A stretch of DNA of 64,000 bases. It comes from an uncultured bacterium (GTDB taxonomy: Bacteria > B130-G9). A program made the position numbers and the translations under genes. The stretch spans positions 1 through 64,000 of the forward strand of contig CBDVDH010000012.1 in assembly GCA_965372715.1 (NCBI GenBank). Direction: 5' to 3'. The stretch's first letter is position 1. Every line of letters starts with the position of its first letter. The notes beneath the pieces are model-generated. The model saw only the letters and a program-made list of their open reading frames with translations. It made no database searches and was not told the DNA's origin. This document shows positions 51,182-61,541 of this stretch, piece by piece.

Positions 51182-53548
51182 TCAAAGCCCCGTATCGATC
51201 TCAGAGAAGCGGCGGGTTCTCTGTGTCGCTGAGACCTTCTGTTCGAGCGGCTCGGCGCCTTCCACGAACGCCTCGATAATTGCGTCGGTCGTCTTGTCGG
51301 TCGCAAGCTCGCCGCTATTGGAGTCGACCATCCTGAACACTATGCCCTCTGGGACGGGAAAGTCGGTCTCTGGGTCATCCTTCAGCGCCTCTTTCATGAA
51401 TTCGATCCAGACCGGAAGCGCTGCCCTCGCCCCGGTCTCGCCTTTGCCAATTGGTTTCAGCTCGTCGAAACCGACCCACGTCCCAACCACGAGGTCCGGG
51501 CTGAAGCCAATGAACCAAGCGTCCACGAAATCGTTTGTAGTGCCGGTCTTGCCCGCTAGGTTGTGGCCCAGCCCCCTCGCCCTGACGCCAGTGCCTCGTT
51601 GAATCACGCCTTTGAGCATGTGGATCATAACGTAGGCGGTCTGTGGGCTGATGATCTGTTCTAAATCTGGTTCTTGGGTATAAAGAGCTCTGTCGGAACG
51701 GTCAGTTATCTCCTTGATGAAAACGGGCGTAAATCGCTTGCCCCCGGTTGCGATAACGCCATACAGGCAAGTCAGATCAAGGAGGCTGACGCCAATCGAG
51801 CCGAGCGCCAAGGAGGGAACTGGCTCGAGATGCGTTTGGATACCCAGCAGGCGGGCATACTCGACAGCGAGCTCCGGGCTAAGCCTCTTGATCAGGTTAA
51901 TCGTAGCTAAGTTCTTCGACTTCTCCAGCCCAGTCTGAAGCGTGACAGGCCCGAAGACGCGCTCGCCGTAGTTCTGCGGCTTCCAGACCTTCTCGATCTC
52001 GTCCATATAGACCGGGACGTCGAGTACTATATCGGTTGGGATCATGCCCGAGTCTATCGCTGCGGTGTAAATGACTGGTTTGAAAGCGGAGCCCGGTTGC
52101 CGGTATGACTGAACCGCTCTGTTGAACTCGCTTTTCTTGAAGCTGCATCCCCCGGCCATTGCCTTGACGTGGCCGGTCTGAAGGTCTATCGCGACGAGCG
52201 CTCCCTCGACCTCTGGCTCTTGCTCAAGCCAAAGCTGCACTGGCCCCTCCTCCTTAGGCCTGAAGTCATCAGCGACCCTGACCTCAATGACGGACCCTGT
52301 CGCGAGGCGCAGCTCGTGCTTCTCGTCAAGCGCCCACTTGAAACGCTTCCTAGCGATGACGCCTGAGATGTCGTTGCCCAATGTAACGGTGATCGCCTCG
52401 GGTCCAAGTCCAGTCACTCTGGCGAGCGATACCAGCCCGGGCCTAAGATGCGCCCGGTCCAGCTTGTCGTCGAGCTCTTTGTCCTCGACCGGTCCGCGGA
52501 AGCCCTGCCGCTTGTCCAGCTCCCGCAGCCCTCTTTCGACCGCGCGCTCCGCGGCCGCCTGCAGACTCAGGTCTATCGTTGAGTAGATGTTCAGACCGTC
52601 GCGATACACAACGTCGCTGGCCGAAGTACCAAACAGTCGGCTTTCGGCCTTTTCTTCATCGGCCGGTTCGTCCGATGGGGCTTTGAATATCTCAAGCGCG
52701 CTGCGCCTGATGTGTTCGAAGAACCAAGCTCCACAGGCCGTGTCGTGCAAGGTGCCCGCGTCAACCGTGTCCAGCGGGCTGGCGATTGCCTCTCGGTATC
52801 GTTGCACAGAAATGAACCCTTCGGTCAGCATCCTTCCGAGGGCGAAGTTCCTTCGGCCTGCGGCCAGGGACGGGTTTCTGAATGGCGAATACCTGCTCGG
52901 CGCTCGAGGCAGCCCTGCAAGCATTGCGAATTGTGGCAAGGACAGCTCGTTCAAAGGCTTGCCGAAATACACTTGTGCCGCTGCGACGACGCCATAGGCC
53001 CCGGACCCGAAGTATATCTCGTTGAGGTAGTATTCCAGTATCTTTCGTTTATCTGAGAGTTTCTTCTCGATCTTGCGGGCGAGTATGATCTCCCTGAGCT
53101 TCCGCTCGATCGTCTTCTCGGGCGTTAGGAAGAGGCGCCTGGCCAGCTGCTGAGTGATTGTGCTTGCGCCCTGTTCAATGCGTCTTTTGCGGAGATTTGC
53201 CCACGCGGCGCGGAGGATGCCGAGCCAGTCAACGCCGCGGTGGGAGTAGAATCTCGAGTCCTCCACAGCGATGATCGCCTGCAGCATCATCTCTGGTATC
53301 TCATCAATAGAGGTCCATATTCGCCGCTCGATGTAGAATTCGTGGACCTTTTGTCCTTTGTCATCGAAGACTAGAGACGCGAGGCTTGGCCGGAAGTCGT
53401 CGAGAACCTCTATTGACGGGAGGCCAGACGCAAGTTTGTGATACACGAACACGGCAGCGCCGCCCGAGACAAGGGCAAAAAGGACGATGAGCCAAACAAT
53501 GACCCTAATGAGACGTCTACCTCTTCTGGCCTTGATCATTGCTACCAT
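51182..53548 (-). CDS. Class A penicillin-binding protein (PBP1A family)
   Basis: EDSRFYSH, GASTITQQL, RKLRE, YLNEIY; SAFK, SKN, KTGT. Confidence 0.95.
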   Translation of the reverse strand: MVAMIKARRGRRLIRVIVWLIVLFALVSGGAAVFVYHKLASGLPSIEVLDDFRPSLASLVFDDKGQKVHEFYIERRIWTSIDEIPEMMLQAIIAVEDSRFYSHRGVDWLGILRAAWANLRKRRIEQGASTITQQLARRLFLTPEKTIERKLREIILARKIEKKLSDKRKILEYYLNEIYFGSGAYGVVAAAQVYFGKPLNELSLPQFAMLAGLPRAPSRYSPFRNPSLAAGRRNFALGRMLTEGFISVQRYREAIASPLDTVDAGTLHDTACGAWFFEHIRRSALEIFKAPSDEPADEEKAESRLFGTSASDVVYRDGLNIYSTIDLSLQAAAERAVERGLRELDKRQGFRGPVEDKELDDKLDRAHLRPGLVSLARVTGLGPEAITVTLGNDISGVIARKRFKWALDEKHELRLATGSVIEVRVADDFRPKEEGPVQLWLEQEPEVEGALVAIDLQTGHVKAMAGGCSFKKSEFNRAVQSYRQPGSAFKPVIYTAAIDSGMIPTDIVLDVPVYMDEIEKVWKPQNYGERVFGPVTLQTGLEKSKNLATINLIKRLSPELAVEYARLLGIQTHLEPVPSLALGSIGVSLLDLTCLYGVIATGGKRFTPVFIKEITDRSDRALYTQEPDLEQIISPQTAYVMIHMLKGVIQRGTGVRARGLGHNLAGKTGTTNDFVDAWFIGFSPDLVVGTWVGFDELKPIGKGETGARAALPVWIEFMKEALKDDPETDFPVPEGIVFRMVDSNSGELATDKTTDAIIEAFVEGAEPLEQKVSATQRTRRFSEIDTGL

Positions 53549-54396
53549 TGTTGATCTTTGATCTGTTCAAGTTCATCCTTTCGCTCCGCCACGAGCGCGA
53601 GCAGCTCCTCCAGTTGTTGAACGTTTACGAAGGCGCAGACCTTCGCGGTTTTCGTCAACGCCCCCTTTTTCTTAACAACCGAGCGGACAGTTCCGACCCT
53701 CAGGCCCCGTGGGAAAACCCCGCCGAACCCGGAAGTGAGCAGCGTGTCCCCTGGCCTGATGTCCGCTCCTGCATCGATATAGACCATCTCGCACAGATTG
53801 CTGCCGGTTCCCTGGAGTATCCCCGGCGCTCTCGATCGCTGAACGAGCACCGCAACGCTGGACCTAGCGTCTGTCAGCAGCTGAACCCGTGCCGTATGTC
53901 TCGAAATCTTAACGATCTTGCCCACAACTCCGTCGTACGTGATGATGGGCATGTTCCGGCTGAGACCATCGTCGGACCCACGATCAACGAATACGCTGCT
54001 AAAGAGCCTTGAAGCATCGACACCTATGACTGAACAGAGCAGCGACTCAAAGCGCCTTGACTCACTGAGGTTCACGATTTTTCTTAAGCGCCTGTTTTGT
54101 ATCGCTGCTTCCATTAGGCTGGCCTTTTGCGCCTCGAGCCTCGACATGTCCCTTCTGAGTCTCACGTTTTCCTTGTTGGTGTTGACGAGGCAGAAGTAGG
54201 TTTCAAGGGTTTCGCCGATGAAGTTGCACATCGTTGTGCAAGCCAATTGCACAGGGGCGAAGGCGGCCATGACGGCCCTTTCGATAACGAGCGTCTGGTC
54301 CGGGTTACGGATGTCCAACGACATCAGATAGACAGATGACGCAACATAGCAGACGAGCAACATGAAGGTTCGGTGCCTTCTGGCGAAAGCAGCCAT
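53542..54396 (-). CDS. mreC: Rod shape-determining protein MreC
   Basis: N-terminal TM, coiled coil, GVVGKI, TSGFGGVFPRG; follows mreB. Confidence 0.92.
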   Translation of the reverse strand: MAAFARRHRTFMLLVCYVASSVYLMSLDIRNPDQTLVIERAVMAAFAPVQLACTTMCNFIGETLETYFCLVNTNKENVRLRRDMSRLEAQKASLMEAAIQNRRLRKIVNLSESRRFESLLCSVIGVDASRLFSSVFVDRGSDDGLSRNMPIITYDGVVGKIVKISRHTARVQLLTDARSSVAVLVQRSRAPGILQGTGSNLCEMVYIDAGADIRPGDTLLTSGFGGVFPRGLRVGTVRSVVKKKGALTKTAKVCAFVNVQQLEELLALVAERKDELEQIKDQQW

Positions 54397-54417
54397 ATCT
54401 TGTTCCCAGCCTGCCGG

Positions 54418-55458
54418 CTACCTGGACATTGATGCGACCTTGCGCAGAAGGTCAAGATCGTTCAGCATCCGGCCCGCCCCGAGCGCGACGCATGTGAGCG
54501 GGTCCTCACATATCTTGATAGGAAGTCCCGTCTCGTCCTTTAGCCGTAGGTCGAGGTTCCTCAACAGCGATCCGCCGCCCGAAATTGTCAAACCTCGCTC
54601 GGCTATGTCGCCCGAAAGCTCCGGAGGCGTTTTCTCAAGAGCCTGCCTTATCAGATGGACAATCGAGTCCACCGCATCCTTCAGCGCCTCCCTTATCTCG
54701 TCGTCGGTCACGGTAATCCGTTTTGGGACCCCCCTTATTATGTCTCGTCCCATGATCTCGACCGAAAGCGGCTTCTGAAGCGGATAGGCGGAGCCCACCT
54801 GGATCTTGACGTTCTCGGCCATTCGCTGCCCGATCAAGAGGTTGTGTTTCTTTTTTATGTATTGCTGGACGCACTCGTCCATCTTGTCGCCGCCAAGTCG
54901 CAATGACTGCTTGAAGACCATTCCCGCGAGCGATATAACCGCGACTTCGGTCGTTCCGCCGCCGATATCGACGATCATGCTGCCCATTGGCTCGTCAATA
55001 GGCAGTCCGGACCCGATAGCAGCCGCCATTGGCTCCTCGACAAGATAGACCTCCGCCGCGCCGGCCTTTACTGCTGACTCTATGACCGCTTTCCGCTCAA
55101 CTTGAGTGATACCAGATGGGACGGCCACGATTATCCGCGGCCTAATGAACGGTCTTGAAATCGCGCCGCCCCCGTGGACCTCGCTAATGAAGTGGCGCAG
55201 CATTTTCTCTGTTATGTCGAAATCAGATATGACGCCATCTTGCAGCGGTCTTATGGCTAGAATGTTCTGAGGTGTTCTGCCGACCATGCGCCTAGCATCT
55301 TTGCCCACGGCGAGCACCTTTCTTGTATCAGTCTGTATCGCTACGATGGACGGCTCGCTGAGCACTATTCCGCGATTCTTCATGTAGATGAGGCTGTTGG
55401 CCGTGCCCAGGTCTATTGCGAGGTCGTTTGAAAAGAAAGAGAAAAGCCACTGAAACAT
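54418..55458 (-). CDS. mreB: Rod shape-determining protein MreB
   Basis: IDLGTAN, EPMAAAIG, DIGGGTTE, LEKTPPEL. Confidence 0.97.
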   Translation of the reverse strand: MFQWLFSFFSNDLAIDLGTANSLIYMKNRGIVLSEPSIVAIQTDTRKVLAVGKDARRMVGRTPQNILAIRPLQDGVISDFDITEKMLRHFISEVHGGGAISRPFIRPRIIVAVPSGITQVERKAVIESAVKAGAAEVYLVEEPMAAAIGSGLPIDEPMGSMIVDIGGGTTEVAVISLAGMVFKQSLRLGGDKMDECVQQYIKKKHNLLIGQRMAENVKIQVGSAYPLQKPLSVEIMGRDIIRGVPKRITVTDDEIREALKDAVDSIVHLIRQALEKTPPELSGDIAERGLTISGGGSLLRNLDLRLKDETGLPIKICEDPLTCVALGAGRMLNDLDLLRKVASMSR

Positions 55459-55754
55459 CTATATTACCTCCGCGTCCTGTCCGGTTGATCGGGCAGGAGC
55501 CTTAGTGCTAAAATCCTATTCAAGTCGAACGAAGTCTCACTATCTAAACTAAGCGTGGGCACGCACACTGTCAAGATAATTGGCGCGTCAGTTTCCGTAA
55601 CCGGGCTGCATTGTATAGTTGGGACTCCAAGGTGGAAGGCCGGATGAATGCCACATAATTGGTCAGAGGGAATGTCGGGAGGCGGGACGAAGAGTGTTCT
55701 CTGTGTTGTGTTTTGGCAGGCAGGTCTTGTGATTGACGAGGGGCAGGTGTTTCA

Positions 55755-56612
55755 ATGAACCTAGTAAGAGCGATGCTTTTCGGCACTGTCCAGGGTCTGA
55801 CCGAGTTCTTGCCGGTCAGTTCCTCAGGCCATCTAGCCGTCTTTCACCGGCTCTTTGGCGCAAGGGCGGAGACAATGGTTCCGATGGGCGTGATTGCTCA
55901 CGTCGGAACGCTTCTTGCTGTCCTCATCTACTTTCGCAGAGACCTCGCGATGTTCGCACGAGCGCTATCCCCCAACGCACTATCAAGCCCGATACGCAAG
56001 CCGTCGCTCCTGTTCGCCTCAACGGCGGACCAGGACGAGGAGAGTCGCGGTTGGTATCAGCGGGTGCTTGCGATGATCGCAATTGGCACGATTCCGGCTG
56101 CAATCGTGGGGCTTGTGTTCAAAGACGCGATTGAGCACGCCTTTTCGAGCATCAACCTAGTGGGCGCGATGTTCCTTGTTACCGCCGTCGTGCTTTTCCT
56201 GACGAGGCTATCGGGCCAGGGCAAGAAGACCGTCTGGCACTTCTGGCTTTTTGGTGCGCTCTTCATCGGGGTGGCTCAAGCTGTGGCGATAACGCCAGGC
56301 ATCTCGCGCTCGGGCGCCACGATCGCCGCCGCCTTATTCTTGGGCTTCAGGCGAGAATTCGCGGCCAGGTTCTCATTCCTGTTATCCATACCGGCCATAG
56401 CGGGGGCTTTCTTGCTCAAACTCGACGAGATCGCCCAGATGTTCAGCACTCAAGGCGCCTCGGAGACTGCGCTGGTATTCTTGTCGGCCTTTGGGGTCGG
56501 ATACGCCTCAATAGCGGTCCTTCTGCGCGTCGTCGGCCGAGGCAAACTTCATCTGTTCGGCTTCTACTGCCTTGCCGCCGGGCTCGTCGCCCTGTTTGCC
56601 GTCGGCGCTTAG
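55755..56612 (+). CDS. uppP: Undecaprenyl-diphosphate phosphatase
   Basis: QGLTEFLPVSSSGH, PGISRSGAT, ARFSFLLSIP. Confidence 0.95.
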   Translation: MNLVRAMLFGTVQGLTEFLPVSSSGHLAVFHRLFGARAETMVPMGVIAHVGTLLAVLIYFRRDLAMFARALSPNALSSPIRKPSLLFASTADQDEESRGWYQRVLAMIAIGTIPAAIVGLVFKDAIEHAFSSINLVGAMFLVTAVVLFLTRLSGQGKKTVWHFWLFGALFIGVAQAVAITPGISRSGATIAAALFLGFRREFAARFSFLLSIPAIAGAFLLKLDEIAQMFSTQGASETALVFLSAFGVGYASIAVLLRVVGRGKLHLFGFYCLAAGLVALFAVGA

Positions 56613-56946
56613 CCCGAATAATCCAAGGCCGTGACTTCCGTCTGTGTGTGGCGGGCTTTCCGAGGCTGGGTCATAAGTCGTTGCGGTTGTGTAGGGGCGT
56701 GGTCTGAAGACCCGCCCTTTCGAATTGATGGTCGCATAAGATGCCTCGTATCCGCAGGGATTGATGTAGGCGGGCGGGTCTGAGACACCGCCGCTACAGG
56801 CCGATTCCGACAATCGCGTCGCATAAGAGAACCGCCGCGTTGATCTTGACAATCGGTCGCATTTCCTGTGTCGTTGTTGTCTGAATGGGCAACGAAATCC
56901 TCGCCAATTGAATTATGACCCAGGCTGGAAAGCCTGCCCCACATCT
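56609..56946. repeat. Nested REP/MITE-like element, copy 1
   Basis: Highly similar to 62567-62903; long terminal inverted repeats and an internal GTAG hairpin pair. Confidence 0.88.
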
Positions 56947-56977
56947 GATCGCATCGGGGGTTTGTGAATGGTTTGCG

Positions 56978-58357
56978 CTAGATTAACTTGCCCCTGAGTT
57001 CCTGGAGAGCTTGTTTCGACGAAGCTGCGGCCTGGGCTCTGATGTTCGGTCTTGCGGCTATTTTCGGGAAGTCCTGTTTGAGGAGAAGGTCGATCTCGCC
57101 TCGGTTGAACTCCTCATGCTTCAGGATCATCTGAAGCGATTCGGGGGCGATTTGACCTGATAGAGCCAGCTCGAGACACCTTAGCGCGTTGAAATACCCA
57201 TGAACGTTGCTCACGCCCTCGCAGAAGAGAGCGATCGCCTGCTCGGTCTTGCCCGGTTGATAAAGGAGCTCGTCGAGGTCCTTCAGCGAGATCATGGCGC
57301 GGACGAGCTCGCTGAGCGCGCTTTTGCAGTTACCCGCGCCACCGGAGAAGTCAGCGGTCAGGAAGGTTACGAAATCGGTCTCGACCGTGAACATCAGTCT
57401 GGACAGGATGCCGGAGAAGTATCGCACGCGTTGGCCGAGCGACTGCGCAACGAGCGCCTGAAACGGTTCGAAGTATGAGAGCGAAATGAAGCTCTCTCTT
57501 GAGCCTGATCTCGTGCTGATTCTGCTTCTGAGTCTCGCCTTGTGGAGGCCGAGTTCGAGCTGCGTGTCGATCATGTCCTGGAACTTTACGACGTTCAACG
57601 TTTCTGCCCCCTCGCCCTTGACACCCTCTTTGTAGGGCTTCAACAGGGCGCTCATCACCGGTTCATTCAGCGTTTGTACGTGCGTTGTTTTTGCTCTGCG
57701 CCCATTTGCCAGCAGCTCGTCGAGGTCAACCAGATTCAGCACATTATCGTTTCCGAGGGCGAACGTCCTTGAAGCGCCCATTCCCCTTGCTCTATGGAAA
57801 AATGCGTCTTCACCTCTCTGGTGAAGATATCGCACGACCTCGTTCAGGCTTCTGAGCTTCGATGCCAGACCTTCGTCTCGTGGGTTCTGGAGCGATTTCG
57901 CGACGTCGGGTCTGATCTCGGTCAAGAGTCCCAGCGCCCTCTTGTGTTGCGAGAAATACATCACATCGTCGCACAAGTTGAACAGCAGGACTCGCTTGAG
58001 GAACCAGAAGTGAGAGAGGAATCTTTCCTTGATACTTGTGAGAGTGGTTCTTATCTCGGTGGCGTCCGTCTGGCTGACCCTAGCATAGGATTCTATCAGG
58101 GCATCGATACTGGTCATGCACGAGAGCAGTCGCCTGCTGAGCTTGTCGCAGATAACTTGGAGGTTATGCTTCTTGCTGCAACGGTGGGTAATGTTCTCGA
58201 CGCTAAATGGCTCGTTGCCCCGAACGGCGACCTGGGTCATCTTGGAGAACATCTTACCGAGCTCGCTCAAACTCCTGACCGCTTTCCTATTGGCCTCTAT
58301 GAACTGGCTGTATCGCTGGACGAGGCGCTTCAGCTCATTGCTTCTCTCACCTGCCAC
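56978..58357 (-). CDS. Hypothetical protein resembling accessory N- and C-terminal domains of PEP-synthase-like dikinases
   Basis: Overlaps the PPDK-like stop; SLNEVVRYLHQ..., LGLHKARL, RVRYFSGILSRLMFTVE, KDLD patterns (recalled similarity). Confidence 0.5.
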   Translation of the reverse strand: MAGERSNELKRLVQRYSQFIEANRKAVRSLSELGKMFSKMTQVAVRGNEPFSVENITHRCSKKHNLQVICDKLSRRLLSCMTSIDALIESYARVSQTDATEIRTTLTSIKERFLSHFWFLKRVLLFNLCDDVMYFSQHKRALGLLTEIRPDVAKSLQNPRDEGLASKLRSLNEVVRYLHQRGEDAFFHRARGMGASRTFALGNDNVLNLVDLDELLANGRRAKTTHVQTLNEPVMSALLKPYKEGVKGEGAETLNVVKFQDMIDTQLELGLHKARLRSRISTRSGSRESFISLSYFEPFQALVAQSLGQRVRYFSGILSRLMFTVETDFVTFLTADFSGGAGNCKSALSELVRAMISLKDLDELLYQPGKTEQAIALFCEGVSNVHGYFNALRCLELALSGQIAPESLQMILKHEEFNRGEIDLLLKQDFPKIAARPNIRAQAAASSKQALQELRGKLI

Positions 58358-61160
58358 TGTCGAGCCTCGTCTTTTTTACCTTCGCCGCGATCAGTTTTGC
58401 GACCGGGACCATGATCGGCGGGCAGCATATCTCCGTGATGCCAAGATCGAGCAGTCTCTCGAGGCTATACTCGTTTGAGCAGTGTGTCCCTGCGACGAGT
58501 ATTCGTATGTTCGGGTTGACGCGTTTGGCGGCCTCAACGGCATGTCCGACCAATCTCTCGGTACTTTTCTGGATAACCCTGAACGGGTCGCCATAGAACC
58601 AGCCCCGGTCGACGTATTCGCCCAGAAACTCCTCCGCGTCCTCTCTCACGAGATGGTGCGTCGAGGTGGTGAGCTTGTCGGACCTGATCACGATAAGGTT
58701 GGTGTGGCAAGCGATCTTGTCCATCTCGAATGCGATTCCGCTGATCTCGACAACCGGGACCACCTCGTAGTTGAGGTCAGCTGCGCCGCAGTCAGCCGCA
58801 ATCCTATCGGCAAGTTCCTGCACATAGAGCAGTTCCCCCACGACGGATATGTAGGGAACCAGTATCTCGACGCGCATCTCCTTGTCTTCGGCCCGCATCT
58901 TCCGCATGGCGCTCAATATCGCCTTGATCTCCGTTTCATATACCTGCGGAAGCGTCGTTGCCAGCCGGACCCCTCGTCTGCCCAGTATCGGGTTGTAGTC
59001 CTCCTGCCGCCTTTTCTGTTTTCTGATCGTTCTCACCATTCTCTCGACCTGGTCGCTTTGCAGGCCAACGTCGCCGTTGCTTGAGCCGTCGCTTACCCTG
59101 TTCTTCAGGATGTACTTGGCGAGGTTGATGACGTCAGAGCGTTCCTTGGGGAAGTATTCATACATCGTGTGTTTGCAGAGCCTGATCGCCATGTAGTTCT
59201 CATCGATGGTCCGGAATATGCGCAGGAAGTCCTTCTCTAACAGGGCGTGAAGTTGCTCGCGAGCTCGCGGTTCGTTGGGCGTGCCGACGCTCAGGACATA
59301 GTCGCAAAGCGCGAAGTTGACTCGTTTCTTGAAGAACAGGAGGTCTGTGCGGAAATTGGCCACGCCGTCCGCGCCGAGCCTCTTGGCCGTCGCGTATGTC
59401 TCGTGGTCTTCCGCCTGCGCATAGACCTTTATGTTGCTGTAATCCTTGACGAGTTCGCAGAAACGCAGCGTGAGCGGGTCCTTGACGCCCGAGACGCGGA
59501 CCTCCATCCGGTCCCCATATATCAGGCCTCGCTGCGCGTCGATAGAAATCGTATCGCCTTCCCTCAGGAGGCCGGGGCGCATTCCATCGCCTCCATACCT
59601 GACAGTGCCGGCTACTGGGTCGATCGTAACCGATGCCTTCACAATGCTCGGTCTGCCGAGGTATCGCGCGTTGAGCGTCGCGTGCGACAGGACGTTTTTT
59701 TGAGACGAAACGATCCCATCCACGACTTCCAGCACAGGCATGTGGGACAGCCGCAGCCTGTCGCAGCAGAAAATAACCGGCTCGTTCTTAGACTTGAATT
59801 GCCTCACTTTACCGATGTCGAAGCAGATCCTGCCGGTTGCGTAACCGGGCACGAGGGGGCTGCCCTTCCCAATTGGCTTCATTGAGCCGGGCGGGCCGGA
59901 TGTTACGGCCGCCGAAAGCGCCTGCTCAAGCTGCCTCGGGTCTGTTCTGGCGATAACGTCCGCATCGGACACGATTCCCTCCTCAATCATGTCCAGCTGC
60001 GCCCGCAGGAAAGCGGCCGGCGCCATTTTGGCTGGTCTTGCTTGAAGAACGTAGAGCTTGCCGGACTCAAGCGTGAACTCGATGTCCTGAACGTAGCCGG
60101 AGTCGAGCTCCAGCCTACGGGCGATCTCGGTAAGCCTCTCGCAGACTCCCGGATGTGTCGATTGGAGGTCCTTGACCGCGCCCTCCTCGCCGAGGTCCCG
60201 AACGACATCGTCGCCCTGAGATTGCACGATGATCTGCCCAAACAGCCGCGTGTTGCCCGGCGTTCCGGCCGGTTGACCGGTTGATGGATTCCGGCTGAAG
60301 ACAACGCCGCTGCCAGATTCGGCGTCGAGGTTCCCGAAGACCATTCTCTGAACGGCTACTGCTGTCTTCAAGGGTTCCTGGATGTAGTTGATGCGCATGA
60401 ACTCCCGCACCTGCCTTGTTCTAGCCGAGAGTATCACAGCCATAATGCAGGCCTTCAACGCTTGCCACGGGTCGTCCGGTACCTGACTGATTGTGAGGTA
60501 TCGGTCGATGAGGTCCGCGAGACTTCCTGCCTGAGAGAGCTTCTGGGCTTCTAGGATGGCCCTGAAACGACTCCTGCCCGTCCCAAGAACAGCACTGCCA
60601 AAGCCCTCGATGAACCTTCGGAAACAATCCAAGAGAAGGATGCGTCGTTCGTCCGAATGACTGAGGCGCTCGAGCATATTCCTTGTGAGGCCAACGTTGC
60701 AGACGGTCTCCATGAGGCCCGGCAGCGATACAGTTCCACCTGATCTAACCGAGACAAGGAGGGGGCAGTCTATGTCCCCGAACAGCCTTTCGGTTCTCTC
60801 CTCGAGCCAATGGATGCCCTCTTTGACTGCTTCCCACAGGCCGTCAGGGAGGAGGAGCTGCTCGATTATTTCACCCGGCGGCGTGTCGGCCCGGTCTATC
60901 CCGGAAAGGACCTCCTCGTTTAGCTTGTTGAACTCCTCGGTCGCCGAGGTTCCGACAATGAAACCCTCTGGACAAGGCATGCCGAGCTCGCATAGCCGCA
61001 GCAGGCCGCCGCCCTTTACGCCCAGGCAGGCGATTCGGAGCCTCTCGTCGCTCTCTAGCGATCCCCCGAGCATGCCCTTGTAGAACCTCAAAACATCAGG
61101 AGCGCTCGTCTTCTCTGTCATTTGTCGCCAAAGGTCCTCATTCGGGTCAGGACTCTTCAC
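58347..61160 (-). CDS. PPDK-like protein with a degenerate pyruvate/PEP domain
   Basis: PLLVSVRSG, QRMVFGN, QDIEFT..LYVLQAR, SHA (phospho-His), NPILGRRGVRL; C-terminal motifs diverged. Confidence 0.85.
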   Translation of the reverse strand: MKSPDPNEDLWRQMTEKTSAPDVLRFYKGMLGGSLESDERLRIACLGVKGGGLLRLCELGMPCPEGFIVGTSATEEFNKLNEEVLSGIDRADTPPGEIIEQLLLPDGLWEAVKEGIHWLEERTERLFGDIDCPLLVSVRSGGTVSLPGLMETVCNVGLTRNMLERLSHSDERRILLLDCFRRFIEGFGSAVLGTGRSRFRAILEAQKLSQAGSLADLIDRYLTISQVPDDPWQALKACIMAVILSARTRQVREFMRINYIQEPLKTAVAVQRMVFGNLDAESGSGVVFSRNPSTGQPAGTPGNTRLFGQIIVQSQGDDVVRDLGEEGAVKDLQSTHPGVCERLTEIARRLELDSGYVQDIEFTLESGKLYVLQARPAKMAPAAFLRAQLDMIEEGIVSDADVIARTDPRQLEQALSAAVTSGPPGSMKPIGKGSPLVPGYATGRICFDIGKVRQFKSKNEPVIFCCDRLRLSHMPVLEVVDGIVSSQKNVLSHATLNARYLGRPSIVKASVTIDPVAGTVRYGGDGMRPGLLREGDTISIDAQRGLIYGDRMEVRVSGVKDPLTLRFCELVKDYSNIKVYAQAEDHETYATAKRLGADGVANFRTDLLFFKKRVNFALCDYVLSVGTPNEPRAREQLHALLEKDFLRIFRTIDENYMAIRLCKHTMYEYFPKERSDVINLAKYILKNRVSDGSSNGDVGLQSDQVERMVRTIRKQKRRQEDYNPILGRRGVRLATTLPQVYETEIKAILSAMRKMRAEDKEMRVEILVPYISVVGELLYVQELADRIAADCGAADLNYEVVPVVEISGIAFEMDKIACHTNLIVIRSDKLTTSTHHLVREDAEEFLGEYVDRGWFYGDPFRVIQKSTERLVGHAVEAAKRVNPNIRILVAGTHCSNEYSLERLLDLGITEICCPPIMVPVAKLIAAKVKKTRLDSGR

Positions 61161-61306
61161 AAGAACGAGGCGTGTGCCGCCTCACTGCTAGGATCAAAAC
61201 AAAGCCGGAGCATTTGGTCAACCTGTCAACCTTGAGGTGCTTCTAATCTCGCGTCGAAACTGTCTTACCTCAATAATCACATCGACGGAGGCTGGTTCTG
61301 TCTTTT

Positions 61307-61477
61307 TGGACTGCGGCGGCTTGACGCCGCTTTGATTGGTGGTGGCTTGACACCACCCTCTGATACATCCCCCTTCGACTCAAGAGGCAGCGACTGAACG
61401 AATGGACCGTTGCTGATCAGAGCGGACGCCGCGTCAAGCCGCGGGCAGCGAAAGCGGCGTCAAGCCGCCGCACTCCA
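61307..61477. repeat. REP-like palindromic doublet (second family)
   Basis: tggactgcggcggcttgacgccgcttt / aaagcggcgtcaagccgccgcactcca with internal degenerate copies. Confidence 0.8.
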
Positions 61478-61541
61478 CAATCACCCAACGGGTTAAGTCT
61501 TCGCTTGACCGCGGCATCTGCGTTTGCTAAGCCTGTTGGCT

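Noticed and set aside
50880-55750. Cobalamin or SAM riboswitch for the methyltransferase genes
   Set aside because: Genes abut with no leader space, and no riboswitch consensus was recognised upstream of mreB
58347-61160. Calling this gene ppdK
   Set aside because: Pyruvate/PEP-site motifs are replaced, so the canonical function is unsupported
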